Shown here in pieces: positions 62,424 through 64,000 of a stretch of DNA of 64,000 bases. Each line of letters starts with the position of its first letter. The stretch's first letter is position 1. Location: positions 3,938,389-4,002,388 of the forward strand of contig CM121343.1 of assembly GCA_051530055.1 (NCBI GenBank). Direction: 5' to 3'. The notes under the pieces are model-generated. The model was given only the letters and a program-made list of their open reading frames with translations. It was not told the DNA's origin and ran no database searches. A program made the translations under genes and the position numbers. This DNA is from Neoechinorhynchus agilis. Lineage: Eukaryota; Animalia; Acanthocephala.

Positions 62424-62912
62424 TTACATCATTTTCCATCGACTCGGAGGCCAAATTATCATGGAAACTTTGCCAAGTACGTGACTACGATGGACTTGGC
62501 CAATCTCAACGCTCTTCACGCTCGATTGTGAATCACCAGCCACCCAATAGCAATTAGGCTCAATTGGTTGAATCTCAACGGTTGAGTTCATTTCATCAAC
62601 CAGCTCTTCGATTAAGTTTCCACCCACGCCTATTATCCGTTTCACCATAAATGTACCCGGATGTTTCGGAGACTCAAATGCAATTATATCCCCCTTTTCA
62701 AGCCCATTGATAGAACGTCGACTCACCAATACAATATCACATCGTTTCTTATTTATTGGATTTAACGTCGGAGACATGGAATCGCCCTTCACGATAGCAA
62801 CGAACGCTACTTTGTTAGCCGTTATCGTACCAATGGCAATGGCAAGGGCGCCTAACGTCAATTTGCGGGACCAATAACTCCATCTCGCCGTAGATATAAG
62901 TCCCAACGCCAT
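62424..62912 (-). CDS. IMMP2L: Mitochondrial inner membrane protease subunit 2 (S26 peptidase), intronless
   Basis: VKGDSMSPTLNP (catalytic Ser), MVKRII (catalytic Lys), YWVAGD, IIWPPSRW. Confidence 0.88.
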   Translation of the reverse strand: MALGLISTARWSYWSRKLTLGALAIAIGTITANKVAFVAIVKGDSMSPTLNPINKKRCDIVLVSRRSINGLEKGDIIAFESPKHPGTFMVKRIIGVGGNLIEELVDEMNSTVEIQPIEPNCYWVAGDSQSSVKSVEIGQVHRSHVLGKVSMIIWPPSRWKMM

Positions 62913-63699
62913 CTTATGTGGATGCGAATATCGTCGGAATTTTATAGTCCATTGGGTTCCTTAATCACATGATCGTTCTTCCGTGCTTGGTAGCGACGAA
63001 GAGAAAAACAAAATGGCGAGATCCGACGAGGACCACAGTGCCAATGGTGCAGCAATTACCCGAAACTTGCTTCTTCCGGGTGTTCAATCGTGCCTTCTCT
63101 TTGCGGACTTTAATGAAAAACCTCAAGGGTTGTCATCTCAGACGTTATAGCGTTTTCCTGTGGACTGATAAACGTCGGGCAACGTGTTAAGCCGATGATA
63201 ACCAATCCACAGGATAGGGCTATAACGTCTGAGATGACCAACGTTCAGGTTTTTAGTGAACTAAACTAAGAAAAAGAATGAGACTAATGATGGATTTCGG
63301 CGTTTAGACTTTTATGATCTCGCTTGGAATTTAAGTTACAGTATCGTTTTCAATGGAGAACGCCACGATAGTCGTCGTCCATATCCGTGTCAGATTACCG
63401 CGATCTAAATCAAGGTTGCTTGTGATCCAAAAAAAACCAACGTTGAGTTCTAAGTTAATTGTGCTTCAGGTCGGTCTAATCGACTCCATCAGATGCCATT
63501 ATGCTTCTCCATTACTCCCTTAAGTGTATTTGTCTCGACCATGAAGTTCCCCGAGTCTCCACTTACGAATCTAATTTTTCTGTGATTCAATCTTCTGGGA
63601 GATTACACAGATTCGTATCTTTTTCATTTACTTTCCCGAGGCGCATTCACTTCTTTGAGCCAATGAAATCCTACGAGGATTTACATTATTAATCATATC

Positions 63700-63875
63700 A
63701 AGAAAATCCTTCGAAGTGATAAATATTGAATGGCGGTGGTGAACAAAATCCCCCGGATTCCTTTATTATTGAGAGGTGACCCGGATGAGGTTTCCTCTTT
63801 CGAAAGATTTCATAATAATAACGGAAGCTTGAATCGGGGGTTATGTTCACCACATCATTCAATATTTACATTATT
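63700..63875. mobile_element. MITE family 1, nearly complete copy
   Basis: aaatattgaatggcggtggtgaacaaaatccccc / gggggttatgttcaccacatcattcaatattt inverted arms around a tttcctctttcgaaa core. Confidence 0.75.
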
Positions 63876-64000
63876 GTTTGTTTATGGCGGAAAAATTGAA
63901 GGATCAAGATTGTTTCTCCTCCGAAACCAATCGGATAAATTCCTTCAATTTTTCACCGCCATAAATAAACATGAATAATTTAATTTTCAAACATTTAAAT

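Overview
AT-rich animal (invertebrate-type) genomic DNA with compact, short-intron genes; I cannot determine the taxon. Recognisable genes: TBL1X/ebi (-), importin-7/8 (+), AMPK beta (-), MIOS/GATOR2 (+), mitochondrial acyl carrier protein (-), OSTM1 (+), prolyl 4-hydroxylase alpha (-), APC4 (+), endosulfine/ARPP19 (-), IMMP2L (-), plus several genes of unknown product. Repeats: five tandem arrays (184, 184, about 211, 265 and 80/142 bp units), many hairpin/MITE elements, a truncated CRE-type non-LTR retrotransposon, and L2/CR1-like and Penelope-like remnants. The strongest observation is a tRNA-derived SINE-like family (five copies at about 16.5, 21.6, 41.2, 42.3 and 42.5 kb). It carries a complete hammerhead ribozyme core whose three strands are in a non-circularly permuted order (GAAA strand, then CUGAUGA strand, then cleavage strand). 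All structures were paired by eye and none was computed or tested. Exon boundaries and many repeat ends are approximate.
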